A stretch of DNA of 61,141 bases from a virus (lineage: Duplodnaviria; Caudoviricetes), in IMG/VR virus record IMGVR_UViG_3300028920_000076, positions 1 through 61,141 of that record; one strand, written 5' to 3'. This document shows positions 9,014-17,537 of this stretch, in pieces. The position numbers were made by a program, and so were the translations under genes. Numbering within the stretch: the stretch's first letter is position 1; every line of letters starts with the position of its first letter. The notes under the pieces were generated by a model. It was not told where the DNA came from, ran no database searches, and saw only the letters and a program-made list of their open reading frames with translations.

Positions 9014-9415
9014 ATGGGAGATTTAATCATGGGAAAATTCGGATGGAGTTTACCACCGGGCGTTACTCATAGGATGATTGATGAGTCGATGGGGCTGCAT
9101 GAGCCCTGTGAGTGTTGCGGCTTAACCGTTGACGATTGTATCTGTGAGGAGTGCCCAACTTGCGGAGAGTATGGGAATCCGGGGTGTTACAAGGGGTACT
9201 TTAAAGAAGATCACGGGATGGAGTTTACCACCAAGCAATTAGAAGGTCGTCAGCTATTGGCTGATCAGATCGAGGCCGATCAAAAGGTTGACGATGCCTT
9301 GTATGAGGAGTGGAAACGAGACCGAGATGAGTTTGAGTTCGAGTCGGAGGAGTCAACTATCACCGGTTTGAAGTACGACGACCCCGAAATTTTCAGGGGT
9401 AATAATGACGATTAA
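9014..9415 (+). CDS. Cys-rich hypothetical protein (start possibly 9029)
   Basis: FGWSLPPG...CECCG...CICEECPTCG. Confidence 0.65.
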   Translation: MGDLIMGKFGWSLPPGVTHRMIDESMGLHEPCECCGLTVDDCICEECPTCGEYGNPGCYKGYFKEDHGMEFTTKQLEGRQLLADQIEADQKVDDALYEEWKRDRDEFEFESEESTITGLKYDDPEIFRGNNDD

Positions 9416-9441
9416 TCTATTAATATACGGAGGACGCTGAA

Positions 9442-9612
9442 ATGAAAGAAAAAATCGAGCACCAGTTTCCCTACAAACACATGCAGATTTTGATCGTTCG
9501 CAAGATTCGTCGAGGGGAGAAGCCTGAGCGGGTGTTCCGTGTCGGAAACGTTGACTACCCTACGCTTCTGGGGGCCAAGGCCATAATCGATACCTGTCCG
9601 TGCAATCAATAG
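9442..9612 (+). CDS. 56-aa hypothetical protein (not in ORF track)
   Basis: GGAGG RBS; MKEKIEHQFPYKHMQILIV... Confidence 0.5.
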   Translation: MKEKIEHQFPYKHMQILIVRKIRRGEKPERVFRVGNVDYPTLLGAKAIIDTCPCNQ

Positions 9613-9621
9613 GAGGTCACA

Positions 9622-9951
9622 ATGAGTGATATCGAACGCATCGAACAAGAGGCAAGCGAGATAATCAGTTGGATTTCAAGTGCCTGTCAGGACATGGCAG
9701 GGTCGCACGAAGCTATGGTAACTGCTGGACTAATGAAGGCCAGTGAGAAAAAGTCTGCCGAGGAGCTATATGAAGACCTCGCAGCCATTCGGGAGTTGAT
9801 TTCACAGCGACTTGACTATGGTGATCCCGATATCCAGTTGTTGCTTATTGCGATTTATAAGGAAGCCGACGAGGATAGTGTTATTCAAAAAGCTGCCGGT
9901 CAGCTATATTATCTTGCGGAGGACATGCATGCGAAACGAAAAAACAGTTAA
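9622..9951 (+). CDS. hypothetical protein
   Basis: GGAGGTCAC RBS. Confidence 0.65.
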   Translation: MSDIERIEQEASEIISWISSACQDMAGSHEAMVTAGLMKASEKKSAEELYEDLAAIRELISQRLDYGDPDIQLLLIAIYKEADEDSVIQKAAGQLYYLAEDMHAKRKNS

Positions 9952-10669
9952 GCTTGACGACGTTATTATTGAAGTTACGAGGCGGTGCCAGCTTACCTGC
10001 CAGCACTGCTTGCGGGGTTCTTCGGAGCCTGTAGATATGGACATTGAAATAGTCCGCACGTTCCTTCGTAATGGAAACGTAACGGAGATTCGTAATATCA
10101 CGTTTAGTGGTGGGGAACCGTCACTGAGACCGGCTTTCATTCGTGAGGTTACCCAACTGTTTAGGGATGAGAACGTTGAGATCGGAAGTTTTTACATTGC
10201 CACTAATGCCGTAGAGGTTACTAAGGAGTTTATCTTTGCGGTGATGGAGTTATGGTGCTATTGTACGGACAACGAGATCAGCGGACTTGCATGGTCTAAT
10301 GACGTTTACCACTTGAAAGCCCCGCCGGAGAACGTTAAGATGCTTGAGGTTCTGAGCTTCGCCCATCCGAAATATCACGACTTGAAATCTCAAAATCTTT
10401 ATGGTGGGTCTGGGGTCATTGCAGAGGGTAATGCAATCGAGTGGGGAGGACGCCAGCAGTCTCCAGACAGTTATGAATGTGAGTCCTACGGAGGAGACGA
10501 TGAGGTGATCTATGTATCGGGTGGACAACTCTATGTCAACTGTGAGGGTATGGTCATAAAGGGTTGTGACTTCTCGTATGAGAGTCAACGTAACCCCGAA
10601 AATCAATTCTGCGCCGTTTCCGACTTCAAACCGAATCTAATCGAAAAATGGTGTTCTGAGGCAATCTGA
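9929..10669 (+). CDS. Radical SAM protein
   Basis: EVTRRCQLTCQHC (CxxxCxxC) and TFSGGEPSL; GGAGGA RBS. Confidence 0.85.
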   Translation: MRNEKTVKLDDVIIEVTRRCQLTCQHCLRGSSEPVDMDIEIVRTFLRNGNVTEIRNITFSGGEPSLRPAFIREVTQLFRDENVEIGSFYIATNAVEVTKEFIFAVMELWCYCTDNEISGLAWSNDVYHLKAPPENVKMLEVLSFAHPKYHDLKSQNLYGGSGVIAEGNAIEWGGRQQSPDSYECESYGGDDEVIYVSGGQLYVNCEGMVIKGCDFSYESQRNPENQFCAVSDFKPNLIEKWCSEAI

Positions 10670-10682
10670 GCGGTCAGAATGG

Positions 10683-10946
10683 ATGCATAGGTTTTATGCT
10701 ATCCACTATATTAAAGAATACGGGATCGGGTCACCTTCAGGTGATTACGAGTCCGGCATTGGGGAAGTCATTATGATTAGGCTTATTAGGAAACTGGTTG
10801 GATGTAGCATTGGGCTTCTTGGCATATTGCTTGCATGGTCAGACGGGGGCTGGTTCCCATGGGTGAACTATGTAGGGCTTGGTATTTTCGGTATTATGAT
10901 ATACGTTGCCAATAGAAGTGAGGACCGGTGCAATCGCTTGCAATGA
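10683..10946 (+). CDS. small membrane protein (start possibly 10773)
   Basis: Two hydrophobic segments. Confidence 0.5.
   Translation: MHRFYAIHYIKEYGIGSPSGDYESGIGEVIMIRLIRKLVGCSIGLLGILLAWSDGGWFPWVNYVGLGIFGIMIYVANRSEDRCNRLQ
10929..10942 (+). repeat. Dispersed 14-bp motif (TGCAATCGCTTGCA)
   Basis: Exact, 33 nt before the -35 box. Confidence 0.9.
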
Positions 10947-10975
10947 GAATATGGCCCGTCCGTGAGCTTTTATCC

Positions 10976-11004
10976 TTGACAAAACTTCATACCTATTATA
11001 AGTT
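10976..11004 (+). promoter_or_regulatory. sigma70-type early promoter, member 4
   Basis: TTGACA-N17-TAAGTT, conserved spacer, downstream TCTGGAT. Confidence 0.8.
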
Positions 11005-11100
11005 TAAGTCTGGATACAAAAAATTCATTTAAAAGGATGGCAGAAATTGACTAAAAACCACCAAAATAGCGAAAATCATAAGCAAAACGGAGGTCACATT

Positions 11101-12645
11101 ATGAATCAGCCCATTAGCGGAACAGTTGAAATTCCTCGTGATTACTTCTTTACGATGGCAACGAAGGATTACCGAGATTGGCAGAAAGCGTTGTGGAGAG
11201 AGTTTTTCCAGAATAGCATCGATGCGGGAGCTACGGAAATAAAGGTTGCCACCGACATCAAGGCCGGGAAAGTTACCATTTCTGATAACGGGACCGGTAT
11301 GACGCTGGATATCCTCCAGAACAAGTTGTTTTGTCTGGGCGGGACCGAGAAAGCATCTGGTTCTGTTGGTGCATTTGGAAAGGCTAAGGAGCTTTTATTT
11401 TTCTCTTGGCCGAACTATCGTATTAAAACGAAGTCTCTGGACGTAACCGGGGAGCACAACGAGTACACTATAAAGGAATCCGAGAAGAATGTCAACGGGA
11501 CTCGTTGTACCATCGAGCTTTCCGAGCAATCTCTGGAATCTACTACAATCGAGACGCTGATATCACACGGTAAATTTGTCGCTGGTCTGATGGAAACGCC
11601 ATGTAACATCAGCTTTGATGGACATCCCGTTGAAACCACATGGCATCGGGGCAGTTTTGTTCGGGATCTGGGGTGGTGTCAAATATTCCATACTAAAGAT
11701 GACACGGACGCCCGCTCCCTGCAAGTTAGAATCAACGGTGTTTGGATGTTTTCCAAATTTATCGGGTCGGATATCGGGGCTGTGACAATCGAGATTACGA
11801 AAAATAGTCTGGAATGTTTGACTTCCAATCGGGATGGTTTGCAGGAACGTTACCAAACAGAGCTTGACGAGTTTTTGAAGCGATTGATCGCTGATACTAC
11901 ACAGGCCTTGAAACCGGAGAAGCAGATAATTCGCCGGAAATATGAAGGAACCGGCGTGATCGAGCTTGCTGCGGCAAGAGAGGCGCTGGACGAGTCGCTC
12001 CAGAACGTTGTCAGATATGATGCTGGAGCTATTAACGATTCTATTCGTGATCTTTCAAAGGAAATGATTGCCCGATTGAATTTAGAGGGCCATGAGAGTA
12101 CACTGCTGGAGCATCGACTCGCACAGATCGGTGCTGCCGCCAAGAACTCTGATTATGCCGAGGACTGGTCTTACGATTATAAGGATAGAATGGCTTTGAT
12201 CGGATACCGGCCAGATTTCGTCACCAAATGTGAGTCTCAGGATGACGCCAAATGCAAGAAATTCATGCGGTCCCGAAAAGCTAATGTTCTTGCGCTTATG
12301 TGGACGGAAGTAGTTAAGGAAGTGTTGCTCTCAAGCGGAAATTTTGTATCCTTCACATGTGGTTTTACCTTAGAGTCTGATGTGGAGGCCCAGATAGAAC
12401 AGTTGGATGGAACGTACTACTTTTACTTGAATCCCGAACTCGTATTAAATGGAACGCCTTACCAAAAAGCCATTTTCAAAAAGCGACGGATACTGGTAGA
12501 AGACTTAAAAGATAAGGCCATACACGAAATCTCGCACATTCGTTATGAATATCACGACGAAGGTTTTGTGGCTCAGATGGCTCGGATACGGCTGACAACT
12601 TACGACAGCTATTTTGCATACCAGACTATTCAAAACATAAAATAA
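11101..12645 (+). CDS. GHKL (HATPase_c) ATPase with C-terminal HExxH metallopeptidase-like motif
   Basis: REFFQNSIDAG, ISDNGTGM, GAFGKAK, GTRC boxes; IHEISHIRYEYHDEGF. Confidence 0.8.
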   Translation: MNQPISGTVEIPRDYFFTMATKDYRDWQKALWREFFQNSIDAGATEIKVATDIKAGKVTISDNGTGMTLDILQNKLFCLGGTEKASGSVGAFGKAKELLFFSWPNYRIKTKSLDVTGEHNEYTIKESEKNVNGTRCTIELSEQSLESTTIETLISHGKFVAGLMETPCNISFDGHPVETTWHRGSFVRDLGWCQIFHTKDDTDARSLQVRINGVWMFSKFIGSDIGAVTIEITKNSLECLTSNRDGLQERYQTELDEFLKRLIADTTQALKPEKQIIRRKYEGTGVIELAAAREALDESLQNVVRYDAGAINDSIRDLSKEMIARLNLEGHESTLLEHRLAQIGAAAKNSDYAEDWSYDYKDRMALIGYRPDFVTKCESQDDAKCKKFMRSRKANVLALMWTEVVKEVLLSSGNFVSFTCGFTLESDVEAQIEQLDGTYYFYLNPELVLNGTPYQKAIFKKRRILVEDLKDKAIHEISHIRYEYHDEGFVAQMARIRLTTYDSYFAYQTIQNIK

Positions 12646-12710
12646 TGGCTCCTGCGGCGGCTCCGGGGCTGACTTGGCCCCTGCCGCCCATACCTATTAG
12701 AAGGGAAGGA

Positions 12711-13049
12711 ATGATATTAGATGACGTGTTGAGATTTAGGGGTTCTTCTTTCGTTGACGGACTAAGGTTTGCAGGTATCGAGGTAGATCAAGACGTGTAT
12801 AAACGGGTCATGATCTATTCTTGCTTGGAGTGTGGCGGATTACTCGCTGAGATTTCAGAGTTTTCTCTCGGTTTCAACGTTGAGAAATTCGAGGCGGAGA
12901 TCATAGATCGTCTGCGACCGGAAGTTGCCAAGCATCCTTGCTTTGTAAAGAGACGGAAGGAGCTGGAAGAAAAAGTTAAACAAACCAAACGAAAAAAACT
13001 TCGTGAGAATAGAGAGGTGCGAATGATTAGAATTAGGAGGAAACCGTGA
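12711..13049 (+). CDS. hypothetical protein ending in RMIRIRR
   Basis: GGAAGGA RBS before 12711; CxxC. Confidence 0.55.
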   Translation: MILDDVLRFRGSSFVDGLRFAGIEVDQDVYKRVMIYSCLECGGLLAEISEFSLGFNVEKFEAEIIDRLRPEVAKHPCFVKRRKELEEKVKQTKRKKLRENREVRMIRIRRKP

Positions 13050-13258
13050 AACACTACGTATCTGATTCATATTGGTGCGACCGGGATGAGCAATTTAAGC
13101 ACTCATTAGTCTGTTTGTATAGGTGTACGGATCAGCCGTACTGCTCACATAGTCTAAAATTCGAGTATTCCTTGCGGATTAAGTTGCAATCGATTGCACT
13201 GGCCCGGATCGGAGGGAACGGTCAGCTTCCCGGCATGGAGAGTGATGAGAAGGAGTGA
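13046..13258 (+). CDS. hypothetical protein
   Basis: AGGAGG RBS, GTGA overlap. Confidence 0.5.
   Translation: MKHYVSDSYWCDRDEQFKHSLVCLYRCTDQPYCSHSLKFEYSLRIKLQSIALARIGGNGQLPGMESDEKE
13185..13198. repeat. Dispersed 14-bp palindrome (TGCAATCGATTGCA)
   Basis: Exact. Confidence 0.9.
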
Positions 13259-13292
13259 TGATAAAACTTTGGTCCTGCGCCAGTTTTTATAC

Positions 13293-13321
13293 TTGACAAA
13301 ACTTGCTACCTATTATAAGTT
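13293..13321 (+). promoter_or_regulatory. sigma70-type early promoter, member 5
   Basis: TTGACA-N17-TAAGTT. Confidence 0.8.
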
Positions 13322-13368
13322 TTAGATTGGATCTTATTAAAAACCACCATAAAACGGGAGGACACAAA

Positions 13369-13653
13369 ATGAAAATAGTCGGAATTAAAGGCAGACTGAG
13401 AAATGTAGCCGAGAGAAAGTTGATTTCAAAGTACGGACTGACCGCTTCGGAGGCTGCGGAAGTTGCTGCCATTCACTCTGAAAAAGACATGGAGGGGAAT
13501 CAGCGGATTTCCGGGTATTCGGGCGAGATAGCAGCCACCATCGAGTCTGTGCTTGCGGTTCGGGAGCGGATTGAATGTTCCAAATGCGGTGTCGATGGTA
13601 TATTTTCGGCTACTGGATTCTACTGCCCAAAATGCAACGAGCGGATATCATAG
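13369..13653 (+). CDS. hypothetical protein with C-terminal Zn ribbon
   Basis: GGGAGGACAC RBS; CSKC...CPKC. Confidence 0.65.
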   Translation: MKIVGIKGRLRNVAERKLISKYGLTASEAAEVAAIHSEKDMEGNQRISGYSGEIAATIESVLAVRERIECSKCGVDGIFSATGFYCPKCNERIS

Positions 13654-13667
13654 GTAATGGAGGTCAC

Positions 13668-14510
13668 ATGATCGAACGATATTCAAAGGAACAGTTTGAA
13701 AATGCGCTTCCCCGGCATAAGGAAACAGGCGAAGCGTTATGGATGGAGGCCGGAATTGTCGATGCGGAGTATACTTATCGACTGCCGATTCGAGAAGGGG
13801 TTGAAATCATGGTACGATCCAGTGTCAAACCGACCGGGATCGCTGCCGATACTGGTAAGGACAGCATACGAGCATGGCTTGTCAGCTCAGATCTCAGTCC
13901 TCTGGGGTCGAAAATCCTGAGTTACACGACAAGGATGCCCGGATGGGAGTTGAGAATGAAGGCTGTTTTGCAGGAATTGTGGCGACGAGGGCAGAATATT
14001 ATGGACTGCCCGAAATGTAACAATCCGATGGGCGTCTTTCAAGTTAAAAAGGAAGGCAAAAACAAGGGTCGCCTTTTCATGAAGTGTTGGGATCACGGTT
14101 TCTTCACTTGGATGGATGAAAATGGCGTACCGGAGCGGACTTGGAAGGCTTCCGAACGAAAGAAAATGGAAGCCGCCAGCGAAGACGTTATCATTGCTAT
14201 GCTCCGGGAGTGTACGTTAGTCAAGGAACGTGTTGAACTGCTACGGGAGACGTTGGCAGAAGATGAGGACGTTGCCCTGTTTGGCATGCACTTCCTATAT
14301 GACCACCAAACCTTTTCCGAGCAAGCTACCGGTACAACCGTCGAAAAGAATCGTGTTGGGTTTTCTGGCGTGGATGCTGAACTGCTGACATCGTTTACCG
14401 AACAGCATATTAAGAGTGAGACGCTCTCTCCGAAGCAGATGAAATACGTTTTTAAGAAATTGCCCAAATATGCACGTCAGATCGAGCGGATTTTACGGGC
14501 AAAATTGTAA
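13668..14510 (+). CDS. GRF-type zinc-finger protein
   Basis: CPKC...VKKEGKNKGRLFMKC...FFTW matches the zf-GRF pattern. Confidence 0.7.
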   Translation: MIERYSKEQFENALPRHKETGEALWMEAGIVDAEYTYRLPIREGVEIMVRSSVKPTGIAADTGKDSIRAWLVSSDLSPLGSKILSYTTRMPGWELRMKAVLQELWRRGQNIMDCPKCNNPMGVFQVKKEGKNKGRLFMKCWDHGFFTWMDENGVPERTWKASERKKMEAASEDVIIAMLRECTLVKERVELLRETLAEDEDVALFGMHFLYDHQTFSEQATGTTVEKNRVGFSGVDAELLTSFTEQHIKSETLSPKQMKYVFKKLPKYARQIERILRAKL

Positions 14511-14538
14511 TTTAACCATAACAGGAGGCAATTAAATC

Positions 14539-14724
14539 ATGGAAAACGTTGAAATGACAGTATCTAAAAAGGGTATCTTGACGATTAGAGTTGACCTTAA
14601 TAGCGATTGTGGTCAGAGTAAGTCTGGGAAGTCGATTGTTATAGCTTCCACGAAGGGTAACAAACCGGTTCCGGGTGAAGGAAGGGATGAGATTATCGGC
14701 CTCAATGTTTATCGGAAGTGCTAA
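14539..14724 (+). CDS. small hypothetical protein
   Basis: AGGAGG RBS; LTIRVDL..G.SKSGKSIVIAST.GN. Confidence 0.7.
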   Translation: MENVEMTVSKKGILTIRVDLNSDCGQSKSGKSIVIASTKGNKPVPGEGRDEIIGLNVYRKC

Positions 14725-14743
14725 CCATAGTGCTAACCAAAGG

Positions 14744-14782
14744 CCTCCCTCACTGCCGATAGTGGGGGAGGTACTGTTATTT
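14744..14782 (+). terminator. possible terminator hairpin
   Basis: CCTCCCTCACT-GCCGAT-AGTGGGGGAGG; weak U-tract. Confidence 0.5.
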
Positions 14783-14800
14783 AGTAGGAGGGTGTGAGCT

Positions 14801-16360
14801 ATGCCGAACACGTTAGAACACGAGCAAATGCGGTGGGATTCTATGACTGCTGCACAATTAGCTACTCGGTTGAATAGAATACGAGACCCGCTGAAATTTA
14901 ACAACTTTTTGGCGTGTGCTCGTAATGCCCGTAATGCTTATCTATATACCGGATGCTTGCAGCGAATGGAGGAGTTTGGTGTCGGAGTTACCATCACTCG
15001 TGATGCGAGCCTCGATCTTAGGACTACTGGCCTGGGATCTGCTGAGGAGTTGTCGGACGGAGTTACCCACGTGACGGATGACGGACACCGTTTAAATGCA
15101 AGGGCTGATGACCTATCATTTGAGCGAGGTGTTGACCCTCATCCGACAGTTGACGAGGAAAGTCTCAGGGAATTGGCAGCACTGGGAGCAAGGAACGGCG
15201 CAAATTCAGCCGCAATTAAAAAACCCATACATAACCATAGGATTATAAGAATATCGGGCTCAAAAAAGCGGAAAAGGGCGTTGGAAAGGAAAACAACTAT
15301 GCGAGACTTACGTAACGAATTGGATATAGAGGCACCGAGGGCAAAAGGTGCCTATCTGGAGGACGCTCCAGACGTGATCTGGAATGATGCGGGGTGGGTT
15401 TTGGAAGACAAGGAAGACGCCATGCGGTGTACTATGCAGCTCGGTCCCGAACGGTCATTGCTTGTGGGCCGAAACAGAAAGGACTTTCTGAAGGGTGTTG
15501 AAAAAGCCGGATCGTTCATGTCATTAGATCATAAAAATCCGGTACTGGCTTTTGAAGTCAAATCCAAAGAGTTTGACGGGACCATTCTCGATGGGGAGTT
15601 GACAGAGACGTTTAAGAAAGTAACCAAGAAAACCCTCCTCGCCGGGAAGGGTATCGATACGAAGCTTGGAGTAATGGAGCATGACAAGTATACGGTGGAG
15701 AGAGCTGCTATTGGAGACCATATAGGGTACGTAGTGTGGGATTGCCTATTTTATAAGGGTGTTGACATACGGGACCGCCCTCTCTGGAAACGACGAAAGG
15801 CTGCCGAGCACGTAATTGAGAAAATCGGTGATCCCAGAATCCGTATCATTTTACAGGTCGAGGCAACGGAAGATAACATGCAAGCTATATTTGACCGTGG
15901 GAAGGAAGGAGCTATCGCCAAGAACGTGTTTCATACGATACCTGTGGATCACAAAGTTCATTCAGGGTACTGGAAATTGAAAGGAGACGACAAGCGGACA
16001 GTTGACGGGTTTATAACCGGAGTTCAAGAAGCTCTCGGTGGAGGATCAGGAGTTAAGGGGATTAAGCCGAAACCGACCGGTAAGGCTGCATCGTTTACGA
16101 TCTGCATGTTGGATATCAATGGCGAGCCACTGGAAGTTTGCAAGATGAAAGGGAACTTGACCGACGATATGGTAGACAACGGATACCGTGAATTTCACAG
16201 GTTTAAGGACTGTGTTGTCGAGATGAAAGTCTCTGGATGGGACGGGATTCGCTTCCGGTGGCCTCGATTCTACCGGTGGAGAGAAGACAAGACACCGGCA
16301 GACTGCACCGTACTGGAGCAGATCGGACGTGTAACCAAAAAGTCTAAAAAGAGGAAGTAA
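14801..16360 (+). CDS. ATP-dependent DNA ligase with an unrelated 166-aa N-terminal extension (internal start 15299)
   Basis: Motifs EDKEDAMR, ILDGEL, YVVWDCL, EGAIAK, WKLK, RWPRFYRWREDK. Confidence 0.8.
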   Translation: MPNTLEHEQMRWDSMTAAQLATRLNRIRDPLKFNNFLACARNARNAYLYTGCLQRMEEFGVGVTITRDASLDLRTTGLGSAEELSDGVTHVTDDGHRLNARADDLSFERGVDPHPTVDEESLRELAALGARNGANSAAIKKPIHNHRIIRISGSKKRKRALERKTTMRDLRNELDIEAPRAKGAYLEDAPDVIWNDAGWVLEDKEDAMRCTMQLGPERSLLVGRNRKDFLKGVEKAGSFMSLDHKNPVLAFEVKSKEFDGTILDGELTETFKKVTKKTLLAGKGIDTKLGVMEHDKYTVERAAIGDHIGYVVWDCLFYKGVDIRDRPLWKRRKAAEHVIEKIGDPRIRIILQVEATEDNMQAIFDRGKEGAIAKNVFHTIPVDHKVHSGYWKLKGDDKRTVDGFITGVQEALGGGSGVKGIKPKPTGKAASFTICMLDINGEPLEVCKMKGNLTDDMVDNGYREFHRFKDCVVEMKVSGWDGIRFRWPRFYRWREDKTPADCTVLEQIGRVTKKSKKRK

Positions 16361-16364
16361 TACG

Positions 16365-16694
16365 ATGATCGTTAAATGTTCTATGTGCGAACGCAAGCTC
16401 GGTGAACTCAAACGTGAGGGAAACAAGCTGAAGGTTGAGGGTATCGAGTGTGAGATAACCGGACACGTCAAGGTACGATTTGACGATACTAGTAAGACGA
16501 TATCAGTTGAACCATGCGAAAAATGTTTGATGGCTTTGGTAGAGGAGCGGACGGAAAAAGTGTTATGGCTGATCAGTAAAAAAGCCCTGCGGTTGACAGA
16601 TGCCGAATGGAAAAAACAACTTCGTCAGGGACACTGGTACTGCAACGAGGAGAAACCCTATCACGCTGCTATTTCAGGCAAAAAGCGAGGTTAG
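16365..16694 (+). CDS. Zn-binding hypothetical protein
   Basis: CSMC...CEKC. Confidence 0.6.
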   Translation: MIVKCSMCERKLGELKREGNKLKVEGIECEITGHVKVRFDDTSKTISVEPCEKCLMALVEERTEKVLWLISKKALRLTDAEWKKQLRQGHWYCNEEKPYHAAISGKKRG

Positions 16695-16708
16695 TGCAAT
16701 CGCTTTCA
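16695..16708 (+). repeat. Dispersed 14-bp motif, 1-mismatch copy (TGCAATCGCTTTCA)
   Basis: Immediately after a stop codon, 4 nt before the -35 box. Confidence 0.75.
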
Positions 16709-16712
16709 CCAC

Positions 16713-16741
16713 TTGACAAAACCAGTTGACTTTGTTATAAG
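16713..16741 (+). promoter_or_regulatory. sigma70-type promoter
   Basis: TTGACA-N17-TATAAG; the next gene would be nearly leaderless. Confidence 0.7.
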
Positions 16742-16746
16742 AGATT

Positions 16747-17106
16747 ATGGACTTAGTAACGACATACGTTGAAGAAATTGACATTAGGTATCGTGAGGCT
16801 AAACGAGATCGTATCCATCCCCGGCAAGACATAGCTTATCAGAAATGGGCTGCGAATATGAACCGTGCCATTTTAAATCACATCACTTCTGGGCACGAGG
16901 ACGCAGAGAGATTGAAGTATGTTCACGGGTATGGACTCGCCAAGACCCAACTCCTTGAGTTGCATATCAAGTCTCGAATTTTGAAAAAGGGACAGAAACG
17001 TAGACTGCGAGAGCACATCAAAGGCCTCCGTAAAATAATATTTGATCGAGAGGAGGCACAATGGGTATCGGACTTCATATCGTCGTTTCAAAAAAGTACG
17101 GACTAA
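16747..17106 (+). CDS. hypothetical protein
   Basis: ORF directly after the promoter. Confidence 0.6.
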   Translation: MDLVTTYVEEIDIRYREAKRDRIHPRQDIAYQKWAANMNRAILNHITSGHEDAERLKYVHGYGLAKTQLLELHIKSRILKKGQKRRLREHIKGLRKIIFDREEAQWVSDFISSFQKSTD

Positions 17107-17537
17107 ACCCTTTGCCGATGTGCTGCCCTATTTGTGGTGAGAAGAATGGGTTTGAGGAAGCTGTTGGCGCTGTGCTGCGCTTTGCATGTGAGCACTGTGA
17201 GATGGAGTTCTTCATGCCACCGGGGGCAGCACTACCTATCCGGTGTCACCACTGCGGCTGTAACAAGTTTAAGAATAGGGGCGAAAAGTCGATGGCTAGT
17301 ATGAGTGTTCCGTCTCCTTTTCTATGTGAAAGTTGCTTAGGAATTGAGAGAGATATTGAGAAGGAAGTTGCTGCCGGGGGCTTGCGATGGGCTTGTGGCG
17401 AGTGCATGGCTTTTGGAGCATTGAGCCGGGAAAGTGAATTTACAATAGAATACCGGGAACGCTACGGTAAGCAAACCGTTGATTTTACCGGGACCGGTAA
17501 ATGCCCTAATTGTGGGAGGGGTGATGAGACAGGTTAG
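17061..17537 (+). CDS. multi-CxxC zinc-ribbon protein
   Basis: Several CxxC pairs; AGGAGG RBS. Confidence 0.65.
   Translation: MGIGLHIVVSKKYGLNPLPMCCPICGEKNGFEEAVGAVLRFACEHCEMEFFMPPGAALPIRCHHCGCNKFKNRGEKSMASMSVPSPFLCESCLGIERDIEKEVAAGGLRWACGECMAFGALSRESEFTIEYRERYGKQTVDFTGTGKCPNCGRGDETG

Noticed and set aside
12645-12710. N-terminal extension MAPAAAPG of ORF 12645
   Set aside because: GC-rich hairpin-like sequence; better RBS before ATG 12711.
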